A DNA stretch of 64,000 bases from contig OX597814.1 of assembly GCA_951406725.2 (NCBI GenBank), forward strand, positions 153,264,001-153,328,000, in the 5' to 3' direction. Below, in pieces: positions 27,772 through 41,922 of the stretch (its first letter is position 1; each line of letters starts with the position of its first letter). The stretch comes from Octopus vulgaris. Taxonomy: Eukaryota. Below the pieces are notes generated by a model. That model searched no databases and was not told the DNA's origin. It was given only the letters and a program-made list of their open reading frames with translations. The position numbers were made by a program, and so were the translations under genes.

Positions 27772-28224
27772 TTAAAGGGTTTTAGTTGAAGAAATCAACC
27801 CCAGATATTTAAGAAACTTTTTTAACTTATTTAATGTGAATAAAATATGAGAAAGAAAAAAACCCAGTTTTTGTAGAGCAAAAACCAAGGTGGATCAATG
27901 AATGCATAAAAGTTGTATTGAAAATAAAGATTTTGTTAAACAATGATGAAGTATCTGTTATGGATTATGAACTATCTTACTTCAGTGTAACTTACATTAG
28001 TAGCTGCTTTTAGCTTTTGTTTGAGAAATTTACCGAAATGTTAACCTTTTTGATACCAACTCACATGAGATTGCCTTTGGTTCTATGGTTCAAACAATCG
28101 GCTTAGTTGCATTCTTCATTCTTTTCAAAATTAAGCAGAAGAAAAACTGCATATTTCAACAGAAATATGGTTATTTCAGCCCTTATCACCCAATAACTAA
28201 TAGGGTGTTGTTCTCATATGAGGA

Positions 28225-28570
28225 CAACAATGTTGCTTTCACCCCACATTTGGAACAGTACTGCTGATACACATACAATATCCTAGACTGCAACCAGAGA
28301 GGAGCCACTTTGAAAGGCATAAATCACTCAGACATGCCCCAGTTTCCGGTTAACAGACAGGGTGATTCTCCTCTCTGTCTCTTCTATCACTACTATAATT
28401 GCCTCAGAGTTGGTTGGTCATATCTCCACCACTAAGGTACTTCTGACCTCTTTGCTTTTACATCTCATCACCCTTGATGCATCGAAGCCCTCGCCCTTTA
28501 CTAGCCACTATGCCCATGGATCTCTTGAATCTTCTAATATCCTTCCTACTCATATCTCTTTTGCAGGTGT
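28225..28570 (+). mobile_element. Highly degenerate CR1/Jockey-like LINE 3' fragment
   Basis: Residual translation PHIWNS....ILD..Q..A and LSVF.FYHYYN..SEL, typical of the region downstream of RT. Confidence 0.45.
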
Positions 28571-28609
28571 TAACCAGCAATAGTGTAAATGGAACATTAA
28601 CAATATCAA

Positions 28610-28955
28610 CAATATCAAGTACCTTGGATCGTAGATTGACCTGCTGTGCTTGAGGAGACCTATTGTGTCAAGTACATCAACATCAAAATAAATATCAAAT
28701 GGAAATTGTAGTTGTGATACCTGTGCTCGTGGCACATAAAAAGCACCAACCTATCGTGGCCACTGCCAGCCTCCCCTGGCACCTGTGCCGGTGACACGTA
28801 AAAAGCACCCATTACACTCTTGGAGTGGTTGGCATTAGGAAGGGCATCCAGCTGTAGAAACACTGCCAGATCAAACTGGAGCCTCCTGGCTTCCCAGACT
28901 CCGGTCGAACGGTCCAACCCGTGCTAGCATGGAAAACATGTGAAACGATGATGAA
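28610..28955 (+). mobile_element. RTE 3' UTR copy
   Basis: Close reverse complement of 14762-15125 (CTGCTGTGCTTGAG.AGACCTATTG.GTCAAGTACATCAACATCAAAATAAA...); ends AAACGATGATGA. Confidence 0.88.
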
Positions 28956-30359
28956 GCCCACTGGTCTAGCAGAACCTGCAAAAGTATGGGGTACTGCTCC
29001 TTTCTCCAGCCTCAGCAGGTAAAAAAAAAAAAGTGACTAGTAAGGAAGGAGAAAGCTACAATATGAGATAATAAAACTAGCTTTATGTAAGTTAATTCAT
29101 CCTGGAATTCACCATGATTTAACATCCACTTTTCCTTGCTTACGTGAGCCAGATTTTCTATAATATGATACCTGTCCTGTTGCTTTCCTTCACTTATTTC
29201 CAAGCAGAGTAATATTTACATTTGGCTAGACATGTTTTTTTTATAGAAGACTGGAAATGAATAGCATCACTTGTATGATGGATGTACCTCACTCTTTTAC
29301 AACCATCACATGCCTGTCAAGACAAGGGTGCATAAACATATTTAGATATATATATACAATGGGCTTCTAACAGTTTCTGTCTACTAAACCTATTTCCAAA
29401 GCATGGGTCAGCCTGGGGCTATAGCAGAAAACAACTTCCTAAGTCTGCTGCACAGGACTGAATGAGATCACATAGTTAGAAAGCAAGATTTTCAACTTAA
29501 TTAGAATTTGGCTTGAAAATGTTTTTGAAATTAAAAAAAAAAAAGACAAAATCTATTTTTATGAAATGTAAAGATATTTTTAATATAGGATGGGTCATCA
29601 AAGACAAAGAAAAAAAAAATACAACCGAATAAAGTTAAACTTTCAAAAAGCTGTCTTGCCTTCTTTCAAAAATAATGAAAAGTAATTTCCATTGTAATAA
29701 ATTTCTGTAAGAACAAAGATTAATACATTTTTGAAGGAAATTCCTTTCATTTCTAAATTTCTTAGAAAATAAATCTGGAACACTAAAAAAAGGAATATTG
29801 ATCAATTATAATATTAATCAATAATATTCTGCCTAATGCAGAAGCTTTTTTATTTTTAAAAAAACTTTAGAATCATAAAAAACAATCGGAGTAAAACAAC
29901 GATAGTCTGTCAGCGAAATGAATTTGCCTTGTTGTTTAGGCCCAGGTCACTTATGACGGAATAGCAAAAGCATTTAGTAATGACCATCCTGTCTTTTTTT
30001 TTTTTTCGATGTAACTATAGTTATATTTATCTCCATTTTCCTTTGAAAGACACCACAACAGGGTGTAATTCGAAAAAACAACACAAAGTCTTCAACAACA
30101 CAAACACAGATGACTAAGAGTAATTTTGATAAGAACTTAGATAATTATAGCATTAATTAAAGAAAGTGGTCAACACAATACTTTCTTTAAAGAAATACGG
30201 CTTTAAGTTAAAGACAACCTGGCAGAAAAAGCGTTTTCAGGTCTATTTTCACAAGGGAGACAACTGCTGTTATCTTGATATCAAAATGAACCGATGAAAA
30301 CTGAAAACTTGATAGAATGTGATTCTTAACATGAAAAATGATATAGAATTTCTAACTTA

Positions 30360-30527
<168 letters not shown>

Positions 30528-30804
30528 TTAAATTGTAACACACACACACACACACTTTAAAATAATCAACATTATAAGTATTTGAATAACTTGCAGATTG
30601 TTAGGATAGCAATAATGCTGTCTCACTTGGAATTCAGTACAGATTTTTCACACAATCTAATAATACAGCTTTGCAAAGACAATTTTGTTTGTGAGGACCA
30701 GACACTTAAATTATTTCGCATAACAAGAATAAACAAAAATGACAGTTACATCAGCAGAAATAATTAAGACAAATTATGTTTTATTTATTTCTGTAGATAA
30801 GAGA

Positions 30805-31135
30805 ACTGTTTCCAAGTTGAGTAGTTTGATTTGCAACCACATGTTTCTAGTTCGATTCCACTGACAGGATATTGAGCAGGTGTCTTTGACTGTAGCCTTA
30901 GGCTAACCAATGTCTTGCGAGCACAATTTGATAGACAGAAACTGACCAGAATCCTATTGTATATGTGTGTGTGTGTGTAAATGTTCCTCTATGTCCATAC
31001 TTATGCATTTACCGTCTAAAGACTGGTGTAGTTGATATTAGTGTCTCTTTGAGACCTGTAAATTAGCATTTCACAAATAGAGACTGATAAAATAAGTATG
31101 TTAGTGAAATAAATACTGGATTGATATGATCAATT
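30805..31135 (+). mobile_element. Older family-A SINE
   Basis: CAACCACATGTTTCTAGTTCGATTCCACTG...GTGTCTT...AGACAGAAACTGA, followed by a (TG)n tract. Confidence 0.7.
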
Positions 31136-32089
31136 AAACAATACATATTCTTTTTCTGGTTTCAGTCATTGCACAGGGGCCATGCATGGGAAATGCTTAG
31201 TTAATCATACTGATCATGCACGTTATCAGAGGCAATTAAGAAGGCTGATGTGAAGTTGGGCATTTGAATATAAAATACTGTGCCAGAAAACCCAGCCAAT
31301 CCATGCTAGCACTAAAAAGAGAATGTCAAATGATTTTATATATATTTATATATATATGGAAATTTGCTCTTCATATATTGCATATCTGATTAATAACTTG
31401 AAAGCTTTTTAGCTAATTTCAGATTAAATTGGTTAAAAGGTTTTATGAGGCGTGTGTGTGTGTGTGTGTGTACATATGCACATGTATGTATAAATTATTA
31501 AATACCTCAAAAGGCATCTACCTGGAACAACAAAAAGTGGACACATTCTATGATGCCAACCTCCTATATGATGGAAACCATTATTAACAATTATGCGAGG
31601 GTGGTTGGTGAGCAGGTAGAATCTTTAGAGCATCAGAATTTTTCCCTTGCAGTATTTACATTCCAAGTTCAAATCCCACCAAGGCCATTCTTTTACCTTT
31701 CATCCTTTTGAGGTCAGTAATATGAAGTACTGAGGTCAATAGTAATGACTAAACCCTCCCCCCGCAAAACTCTTAGCCTTGTGACTAAATTAGAAACTTA
31801 TTAAAAATCAATTATCTTGTATCTTAATCTCACATTAGCGATCATCAATATGGACTGCAGAAAGGGAAGATTTGGCTATGTGACATGAATCTGAAAGTAA
31901 TCACAAGTAAAGCCAAACTACTGCATTTCATGAGAGCTAGCTAAGCCTTTAGCAAATTGTGGTGTGAAAATCTCCTGGTCAAGCCTTTTTAAGGATTATA
32001 CTGATTAGTTAATCATTGGGATTTAAAGCTACTTCATGGGTCTGCAATAATATATCTGCTTATGTATAAGTTTCTTTTAGTTTCCTATG

Positions 32090-32620
32090 CTTTCCTTATC
32101 ACATGATAGATTCTCTTCTCTAAATCAATTACCTGCTGTCACTCATTTCTGCACAGATGACACAACTCTTCCTATTTCTCTTTATCCTTTAAAGCCAATG
32201 CTTTGTGCTGCAAATAGCAGCAGTTCTCAGCAGATACCAACCTCTTCCATTAACATGATGCTGTGCCACAATATCTAGTGGGAATCTGACAATTTCTGTT
32301 GTAGCATAACTAAATGCAACTCACCATTCCTCAATTGCGAGTGGGACAACTTTGCACAGGAATCTCTGCTTGAGCTATTCCTCCCAAGGACACATGCTAG
32401 AACTCATCTTCTACGGCAGCCACTTCTGAAAGCCACATTTGCAAAATGATTTGAACTACTTCAAAGCACCTAGTTCCCTCTTTAGAGCCAAGTAATATTA
32501 CAGCTTTGAGGAGATACTGACTCATTAAAAATCCCAAGTAAGATCCAGAATGGAGTATTGATGGCTATCATTGATAATTCATCTCCTTTCATTAGTGGCA
32601 TCATAGAGAGGTCTGATCAA
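32090..32620 (+). mobile_element. Degenerate CR1/Jockey-like reverse transcriptase fragment
   Basis: HFCTDDTTL (F.ADD motif) and downstream KSQVRSRMEY; many stops and frameshifts. Confidence 0.65.
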
Positions 32621-34834
32621 TCAGTTGACATGAAGGTTAAACAACAACAAGCATCAAAGACTACATGCAGTATAAAAAAAAAAACAAACTCATTCACTAT
32701 ACTTTACTTCTTGTCAAAATGTCAATAATCACATCATCAGATTGAATTTGCACCATTGCATCTAATATAAAAAAAAATCCTGATCTGTGAATTTTGCTAG
32801 CTGCACTCCAACAAGTTCACTATACTCATACTCTCTCCTGTTTCCTAACATCTGTACTGTTTTTCATCACAAATCTTACAAGGGAAGCATCACATGCAGA
32901 CCTTTCAATCCAAAAGAATAGTATCCATATCAATTTCTCATTCTTGGCTATTTCTGGATTACCCCACCCCACTTCCAAAAAAATCTTAGGAGTAAAATTC
33001 AGGTATGAAGAAACTGGTGAGGATCTTCATTGGTAACAATAATAAAAGTAAATCCAAAGGATAGCTTGTTGAGTATCAATAATAGGTTTGGTTACCAGAA
33101 CTATCAATAAATTCAGGTGAGGTTTCAAGTCACATGCCTTTCAACTGAGTGTCAAAAAAGAAAATGTGTAACCAATCTTAAACCTTTCTATCATATCTTT
33201 GATCCACAGAGGTAATATATGAAATTTACTTCTAGAGCAAAATAGAAATCAAAATGCAAAATCATACTCACAAAAGTAAGTAAATCTGATGCTACTAGAT
33301 TTAATGTCAATCAAGTTAGAGATTTGGCAAATGAAATGGAACCCAGGAGTGAAAAAGTAGTAGTGGTAATGATGAACTGTAATAAAACATTGAATAGAAA
33401 AGCATCTGATCCAATGCCAAGTGAGAAAAGTAGAGAACCACAATTTCGCTGAACTACTACTAGCTGCTGGCTTAACTAACTATGTAGCAAATATTTCAGA
33501 AACACAATAGGTTGTTGCGATCATACACTAACAATATATTGAAAGATTTTAATGGGTGATATTATTCTGGTGCTGTACAATGATACTAAAATATGGAAAC
33601 TACTGAAAGAATACTTCAAACTAGGAGTTTATATTGTTAATACACTCTGCTCTATATAGATGATTCAATTATAATATGAAGACAATTATTATTTCAGTTT
33701 CAGGCTGAATTCTTTCTTTGCAAAACTACTGTCAGATGTAATTTTGAATACTGTTAATTAAAGTAAAATGGTAAACAACATTTCTGGATAAATTAAGGTT
33801 GTTTAATTGTATAAGACTTCAACACTAACAATTAAATTAATTAACAACTACAAACATAGGTGAAGGCATTGTCATTTGATTAAGAAGTTTGCTTCACACC
33901 CTCAAGGCTTCCAGGATTGATTCTACAGTGCAGCACCTTGGAAAAAGTGGCTGCTATCAAAATCTTGAGTTGACCAAGGCCTTGTGAGTGAAATTATGTA
34001 GATGGAGACTGTGAGGAAGCCTGTTTGTTTATCAGCAAGAGATTGCTGTTAAATTGGTGCATGGGACAAAAGTATTTTGTGGCATTTAGACTAAGTTACA
34101 GCCTTTTATGCCAAAGTGGACTTGATTATATGATAGAAATTGAGAAAATAAGTACCAAAGTACTAGGGTTAAAATGATCAACAAAGATCCTCAAAAGGTA
34201 ATAATCCAGTATGGCCCTTGATGAAAATAAAAAGAAGGGTGAGCCTACACAACTAAGTTGGCAGATGCTTGAACAGTCCAATATTATTAAAATTGTTTTT
34301 ACAGCATCTTATTGATCCTGTGTCTAAACACCTCAATGATGGCGAAAAGCTTACTGGGTTATCAACCAAACATGCTGAGACAAGCAGAGTTATGTACATT
34401 GTGTCTAAGGTTGCATCCCATGTTCATGACACAATGTTGGTGTAGAAGTTGCTCAACCTGTTTAATGTAGCTGTAAATTCTCCCGTTTACAGGGATATTT
34501 AGCTACTATATTAAACTGGTTGTATAACTTTGGCTGTAGTAGAAATAGATCTCACAGACTTATTGACCACCTGATCAATAGCCTTGAACTACCATTGAGC
34601 ATAATTGTTATTAGTTCTGTTACTAAAAAGAAAGACTTGATGAAAGATAGAAGTTGAATGTTTAGATTTAGATCAAATCACAGCAAAATCAACAACATAC
34701 TTCATTCTGTTTGAGCTCAATTTATAAAAGATTACAAAAAGCTGGACTCTGTTTGGTGAACTGTCTTTCTTAGTGGATTACTCTAACGAGCCATCTGATA
34801 TATTTGAAACTTGTTTCAAATTTAGACAGTAAGC

Positions 34835-35190
34835 ACAGGCATGGATGTGTGGCTAAGAAACTTGCTTCTCAACCATGTAGACTTGGATTTACTCCTATTG
34901 CAAGGCACTTTGCATAAGTGTCCAAAGACATATGCTCTAAGCTGTCCAAAGCCATATGTGGATTTGGTGGACAGAGACTAGAAACCTGTCGTAAATGTAT
35001 AAATATGTGTGTGCGTGACATGACATGATGGTTGCAAACAAGCGTCAATATCATAAAAGCAATGTCGTTCATTTCTAGTCTTTAGCGAAAAACATGTCTG
35101 GTTATGGGGAAATATTACTTTACCTGGAAACATGTCAGAGTTGGAAAAAGGAAGGACATCAGGCCATAGAAAATCTATCTCAACAAAATT
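34835..35190 (+). mobile_element. Family-A SINE with alternative 3' tail
   Basis: Head CAGGCATGGATGTGTGGCTAAGAAACTTGCTT; tail GTTCATTTC.AGTC..AAAACATGTCTGG..GGAAGGACATC, also seen at about 29100-29330 (minus) and 59000-59222. Confidence 0.7.
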
Positions 35191-36629
35191 GCTGAAGCAA
35201 TCATCATTTTTACAGTTCTATTTTTGTTCTTTTTTTGTTGTCATGCTTACATGCGCTGGACAGGTTTCAAATCATCTCACCTCTTGACCAAACCCTTTGT
35301 CCCAGCTTCTCCAGCAGTTACTTCCTATCACCAACCACATTACGGCATGGGCTAATTGCATTTTATCAGGTTATCAGTACATCTTATCAGGCTATCAGCA
35401 CATTAGTCTGTGGCAAGACTAATGACTCGCCACTGTCTTGTATCAGTTATTTAGAGTTACTGCAATCCTAGATGAGTTGCTTGTGATAAAAATTACCAAA
35501 TTACAGATCCACATCTGTTTGTTTTCTCCTTCCTTTAAAGAATTACTTTATGAAATTAACATTTAAAATGTTACACATTCTTGTTAAGTTGATCAATTTT
35601 AAACTAGAAATATGACAAAGAGAAGGATAGAATGAATGGTATGTGTGTGTACACACACACAAAATTAGGAAAAATTCAGCCCTTCATATAACTGCAGTAA
35701 ATTTTATAACTTCATATGAGTAACATAATTAAAATTTTCTTGACTATTAAGTTCATCTTTTGCACTTTCAATCGCACATTTCAGCCAGTTATATCTTCAA
35801 TTACTGCCATCTGTCCATTTCTTAAATATGCACATTGTTCTATGCCATACTTGAACTCAGAACCTTTATACATAAATGAAGGCTGTTAACAAGCTACAGA
35901 GTATTAAACAGCATTAATACATTAAGCTCATTTACTAAGTTGATTAGGATATTTACTAATAACCTTTATTTTAGAAATAAAGAATCAAAATTTAGATCTA
36001 GTCTGGGTCAATGCACTTATCAAGGAACAGAACATCTGATGATTGATTTGAGGGCAAGTCAATCAAAATTTTGTGATCGAGGTTAATAACCTATAAAATT
36101 TTAATTATCACGATACCTTGTTTAGATATAATTCTCTAGAATGTAGAATAACATTCGAGAAAATTGATAAATAATAACCAATAAGCAAAGATAATAGGTT
36201 GCAACAATGGATCTCTAAAATTAGTAACTTCTGCCAGAGGTTGGTAGCAGGACTCTAGTGGTGATAGACTGCCTATAGCATAAAGGTAGATTTAATCTCA
36301 ATAAATAAACATATATCAGAACAACTATATTGTAAAATAAGAGACTTATCCTAGTTACATCCTAGCCAACCACATGAGTGCGATGTTTTCAAAAGGTGTG
36401 AGGAGGGAAGAAGATTACAGTTTAGACAGATGTATGATTTATGGGATGTGCACAAGAAAATCATGTATCACCACAACAACACTACCAATATCAGCAAGCC
36501 AATGAGTGAACCTCTCTGGCCTTGTTCAATCTACAAGAAATAACAGTAAAAACCTTCTTCCAATCATACCGTCTTCATAAAGGAAATATCAGACAATATA
36601 ATTAGATGCAGTATGTCAATAATAACAAC

Positions 36630-37270
36630 AATTTCAAATTTTGGCACAAGGCCAGCATTTTCGGGGGAGAGGTAAGTCAGTTACATCATCTCCAGTGCTC
36701 AACTGGTACTTATTTTATCAATCCTGGAAGGATGAAAGGCAAAGCTGATCTCAGAACGTGAAGACAGACAAAATGCCGCGAAGCATTTTGCCCAGTGTAC
36801 TAATGATTCTGTCAGCTTGCTGCAATAATAGTAATAATAATCCTTTCTACTGGAGGCACAAGGCCTCAAATTTGTGGGGATGGGGATTAATCAATTACAT
36901 CGCCCCCAAATGTTTCGCTGGTACTTAATTTATCGACTCTGAAAAGATGAAAAGCAAAGTCGACCTCAACAGGATTTGAACTTAGAACACAGTGATGGGT
37001 GAAATACCACCAAGCATTTCGCCCAGAGCGCTAATGATTCTGCCAGCTTGCCGCCATAATAATAATAATCCTTTCTACTATAGACACAAGGCCTGAAATT
37101 TTGGTCAATTACATCAACCCCAGTGTTTCACTGGTACTTAATTTATTGACCATGAAAGGATGAAAGGCAAAGTTGACCTTGGCAGTATTTAAAATCAGAA
37201 TGTAAAGATGGATGAAATGCTGCTAAGCATTTTCCCTAGCATGCTAACGGTTCTGCCAGTTTGCCACCTT
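36630..37270 (-). mobile_element. Three head-to-tail family-B SINEs, each with an (ATT)n tail
   Basis: Three units running GGCACAAGGCC...GATGAAAGGCAAAG...TTCTGCCAGC, separated by AATAATAAT runs at about 36825 and 37058. Confidence 0.9.
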
Positions 37271-39104
37271 AGTAATGATAATAGCAATGACACCAATGAT
37301 AATAGATGGAATAGTCTTAGGAGCTAAACAACAACAACAACACCACCATCCCTTCTGTTTAAAGTCAAAGTATGCTTATCGACAAAACAAAGTTTTCCTG
37401 TCAGTTCAAATCTTGCATAACTTCAGCCTCTGGTCTGGATAATGTCAATTTCCAATTTCTAACATGGCTTCAGCTGGAATATTCATCCCATGTTTATAGC
37501 AATGCAATTTCATCTTATATGCTCTGACTAATTCCTTTCACATCTAACTGCTATCCCAGTTTACTCCACAACTCAAACTGCCTATCAAGGTCAAATAGCT
37601 CAGCCAATGAAGCAAGCTTCTTCACAAGCAACAGTACTTTTACCCACACATTCCATTCTAGACAGTAAACTAATACTGACTCTAAGGAATAAAATAAAGT
37701 TTTGGTTATATTAATAAAGTATCCAAGAGTTAAAGGTGTTAGTTGGTGGTACTTGAGTAAAAATCAATAGATAATGAGGATAGATGAGAACTATTTGAAT
37801 TGTAATGAGAGATAGACAGCAATAGAGTAGCCAGTAACCAATATAAACCTAACAACCAATATCCCCAGAAAACATACACACACAAACAAAATATGATGAG
37901 AAATAGTATGGTTTCTCCCAATAAACGATTTTCATTTCTTCTTTAGTTTCTTCTACACATTTGTCAGATTCAGATACTTGGATTTCACAATGTAGGCAAT
38001 GTAATCTGAATACAGATCTAGTCAGGAACCAATATTACAACATACACTGTATAAATTATACTAGCAACAGACTTGAGCTAATGAGGGAGTATCTACATGG
38101 TGGATCAATCTGCTAGAAATAGCAACCAAATCTTGCTCAAATTACATCTTGCCATAAAGGATATAGTGAACAATATAGCTCTGGACATACAAAATGACAG
38201 GATGGCCATGACTTGTAGAGCAAATTGATCTGAGACCAAACAGCAATATTAATTACACTAGCAGTCATTATTGATAATAAAGGCACCATGCTGTGAATCT
38301 AGTACAGCCAAAATTATTGGTTAAATAGGTAGACAAATTTGAAGAATATGAACACTGCTGATTTTTTTTGGCATATCCAGAAAGTGTCCAAATATGTTTA
38401 GTTTTTACAAAATACTAAAAGCTGACAAAATTATATCAAATTGGTACTAACAGAATAGCTGTAATAGCTAAAGTAGATAGATGTTGTATAGTGACACACA
38501 GTGAGTTAAAGCAAATAGATATTTTGTAGTAGCTAAAATAGACAGATGCTTTATAGGGACATATAGTCATATGGAAACTATGAAAGTTTGATAACACTAC
38601 AAACAGAACAAATTACAGATGTGCTCATTCTGTGTGAACATTTAAGATAAAAAAAGAAGAGGAAAACTAAATTAAAGATACTAACAAGTGAATGCTGTGT
38701 TCATGAACATTTGACAGTGCTTGATCTTCTTTTGCAAAGGCACTTAATGTTGTTAGATCTACTGATAGCAAAAGCATCTGTAGGCCATCATTCTTAAATC
38801 TACAGGAGGTTCTACATAGTTGCTAGACTTGCTAGAAATATCAGCCAATTCTCCATCAAATCACATTTACTGTGTGGTTCTTATTTTGAAGTTACGAGAG
38901 GGTATGTGCTTTGTCTCCCAACTGAGGAGTAGAGGAACAAGAAAAACAAGTTATGTCTGGAATATCATTGATCATAGGTTTACAAGATCAAAACTGACCT
39001 GGGGCAAAACAAATGAAAACAAACTCCAAGCTAATATGAGCATATCCTACCAAATCTTTTTTTGTCTTCTGTTCTGCTGATTTCAGTTTACTATCACTAC
39101 CCTT

Positions 39105-39640
39105 TTCTACTCTAGGCCCGAAATTTTGGGGAAGTGGGCCAGTCAATTAGATTGACCCCAAAAGGATGAAAGGCAAAGTCGACCTCGGCAGAGTTTAACT
39201 TGGAACGTAAAGACAGACGAAATACCTATTTCTTTACTACCCACAAGGGGCTAAACACAGAGAGGACAAACAAGGACAGACAAGCGGATTAAGTCGATTA
39301 CATCGACCCCAGTGCATAACTGGTACTTAATTTATCGACCCTGAAAGGATGAAAGGCAAAGTCGACCTCGACAGAATTTAACTTGGAACATAAAGACAGA
39401 TGAAATAGCTATTTCTTTACTACCCACAAGGGGCTAAACACAGAGAGGACAAACAAGGACAGATAAATGGATTAAGTTGATTACATCAACCCCAGTGCGT
39501 AACTGGTACTTAATTTATCGACACTGAAAGGTTGAAAGGCAAAGTCGACCTCGGCGGAATTTGAACTCAGAATGTAACAGCAGACAAACTATGGCTATGC
39601 ATTTCGCCCGGCGTGCTAACATTTCTGCCAGCTCGCCGCC
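39105..39640 (-). mobile_element. Young trimeric family-B SINE (183-bp internal period) with target-site duplication
   Basis: AAAGG(A/T)TGAAAGGCAAAGTCGACCTC at 39161, 39344 and 39527; flanking direct repeat TTTACTATCAC(T/C)ACCCTT at 39087 and 39641; CpGs retained. Confidence 0.92.
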
Positions 39641-40314
39641 TTTACTATCACCACCCTTACTAGTAAATAAAATGTCTTTTACAGAAAACTGCCAACTCCT
39701 ATCTTTTCAGTGAAGTTTACTCTCTCTCTCTGTCTCCTTGCCTCTCTGACAGTTAATACATTTGGCTCTCCACAAACTACTAATTGTATGTGACTGTCAA
39801 TTTAATCTTTGTTTCAGGCAGTCAATAACGAACACAAAGGACAAACAAATAGAAAGAAGAGCATTAACGATCAAACCAATGTGCAGAGATTTTGAGTGAA
39901 TTCCTAAATATCTGCAGAGTTAAGCAGATGAATCCAAGGTTGCTAGGATTGGCAAGATTTATGCCATTTTAAGAGTTAGGCTAGTTTAAGCATAAGATAA
40001 ATGTTCACTTTTACCAAACTTCGTTTGGCATTATTTCAGTACATTTAATGAATTTATATCAATAATTGAATACCTTCTGTAGGCTAGCATCAACAAGTGA
40101 AGAATACTTAACATTCATAATTTCATGGCTTCTTTATTTTCATCTTCACAGCTTTGGTGTGTGGGTGTGAAGGGGAGATGGAAGGAGAGTGAGATGGAGA
40201 GACAAACACTTATTGAATGAAAAACAGAGAGGCTGAAAAAAAATACTTGGGGAGAAGAAGAGTTTCATCAGTCACTAAAAATAAAATATAAAATTGAGTG
40301 AGTGAAATTATGGC

Positions 40315-40628
40315 TTTGCATTTTAGCACCAGGCCAGCAAGTTTAGGGGAGGGGGTAAGTTGATTATATCCACCCCAGTGTTGAACAGGGGCATATTTTA
40401 TTGACCTCAATGGGATGAAAGACAAAGTCAACCTAAGTAGAATTTGAACTTAGAATTTAAAGCTCTGAGTTCAAATTCTGCCAAGGTCGACTTTGCTTTT
40501 CATCCTTTCAGGGTCGATTAAATAAGTACCAGTTACGCAGTGGGGTTAATATAATCGACTTAATCCGTTTGTCTGTCCTTGTTTGTCCCCTCTGTGTTTA
40601 GCCCCGTGTGGGTAGTAAAGAAATAGGT
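40315..40628. mobile_element. Two family-B SINE fragments joined head-to-head
   Basis: Minus copy to about 40453, plus copy from about 40464 (AGAATTTGAACTTAGA ... TCTGAGTTCAAATTCT). Confidence 0.88.
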
Positions 40629-40629
40629 A

Positions 40630-41018
40630 AGACATGTATGAGGCACCTGTGCTGGTGACATGTAAATGGCACCTGTGCCAGTGACATGTAAATGGCACTC
40701 ATGCCAGTGACATGTAAATGGTACCCATGCTGGTGACACATAAGAGGCAACTGTGCTGTGACATGTAAGAGGCAACCATGCCAGTGACATGTAAAAGGCA
40801 ACCGTGCTGGTGACACATAATATGCATCTGTGCTAGTGACACATAAAAGGCACCTGTGCCGGTGACTCATAAAAGGCACTCAGTACATTCTCTAGAGTGG
40901 CTGGCACTAGGAAGGGCATCCAGCTGTAGAAACCAAGCCAAAATAGACTGGAGCAGCTCTCTGGCTTACCAGCTCTAGCCAAACCATCATGAAAAACAGA
41001 CATTAAATGATGATGATG
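40630..41018 (+). mobile_element. RTE 3' UTR copy containing a 26-bp x9 minisatellite (40642-40874)
   Basis: Unit GGCACCTGTGCYRGTGACAYRTAAAW, then TAGGAAGGGCATCCAGCTGTAGAAA and a (GAT)n tail. Confidence 0.88.
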
Positions 41019-41922
41019 AATCTACAGCAGTTAATTGGTTAAACATTCTTTCAAATTCTTTGCATAGAATATGGAGCGAAATTCTACCATAATCATGAAG
41101 ACACACACACACACACACACACAACGTATGTGTGAATGAATATATATATAAACACACACACAAACACATGTCTATAAAATTTATCCTCAGAATAATTTTG
41201 CCAACTGCCTTTATTAAAGAAGATAGTTTTTAGAGCTGCCAAAACTGATTTCTAACTGACATTTTCAATACAAGCAAAAGAAAATGATAGAATAATTTGG
41301 CATATTTCTAAGGCATGTTTGGCATTTTGAAATGAAACCAATCTAAGATGCTCTTGTTGAATTTAAGTATTATATATTTTTTGCATGATACTACATACTT
41401 GATCAATAACTATTGATTATTAAAACAAATTATCATAGTATTATAACATAAAATATTCATAATATATACACTCGAAACATAAAATTCTTGCTATAAACCT
41501 AAAAACAGGGGATACAACAAATTTCAAAACAAACTAGGTAAATGTAAACATTAACACTATAAATAAGGATCACAGAAGCGATTAAATCAGTGTAAGTGAA
41601 TATTAAAGAGTTTGAAAAGTATTGGCTAAAAATATTCAAAAGACAATCAAATCTTAGGTTAAAAACAAAAACACTCAGCTTGAGCAGTGGAATATAAACT
41701 GAAGATCAGGTAAGCTAAGGGGTGTTGATGATGGCTGCTGCCAAACAAACCAGAACTGTTTAAAATAGCATCAGTACATAACTGAAGAACGGCTTCCTGC
41801 TAAAGCTATGTACTAAAATACCAACAGCAATAAATTTTATGGCTTGATAGCCATTCTTATTCATGTTCGATAATATTCACTGCAAGTAAATCATATTTTT
41901 TGCTTTGTAAAATCAAGCAAAC

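Noticed and set aside
31506-31521. Possible minus-strand micro-exon ttgttccag|GTAGATGCCTTTTGAG|gt ending in Phe-Glu like the expected upstream ZMYND19 exon
   Set aside because: In-frame TAG in the required frame and no LIDEQD-like sequence; probably chance.
34300-34800. Possible very old LINE fragments (also about 37380-37690 and 52230-52800)
   Set aside because: Composition is suggestive but I could not read a convincing motif by eye; needs a profile search.
38460-38570. Short tandem duplications (about 65 bp here; 24 bp at 23763-23818)
   Set aside because: Ordinary local duplications with no further structure.
40642-40874. Regularly spaced repeats resembling a CRISPR array (also 1412-1682 and 48167-48435)
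   Set aside because: Units are contiguous with no unique spacers, lie inside RTE 3' ends, and there are no cas genes; eukaryotic context.
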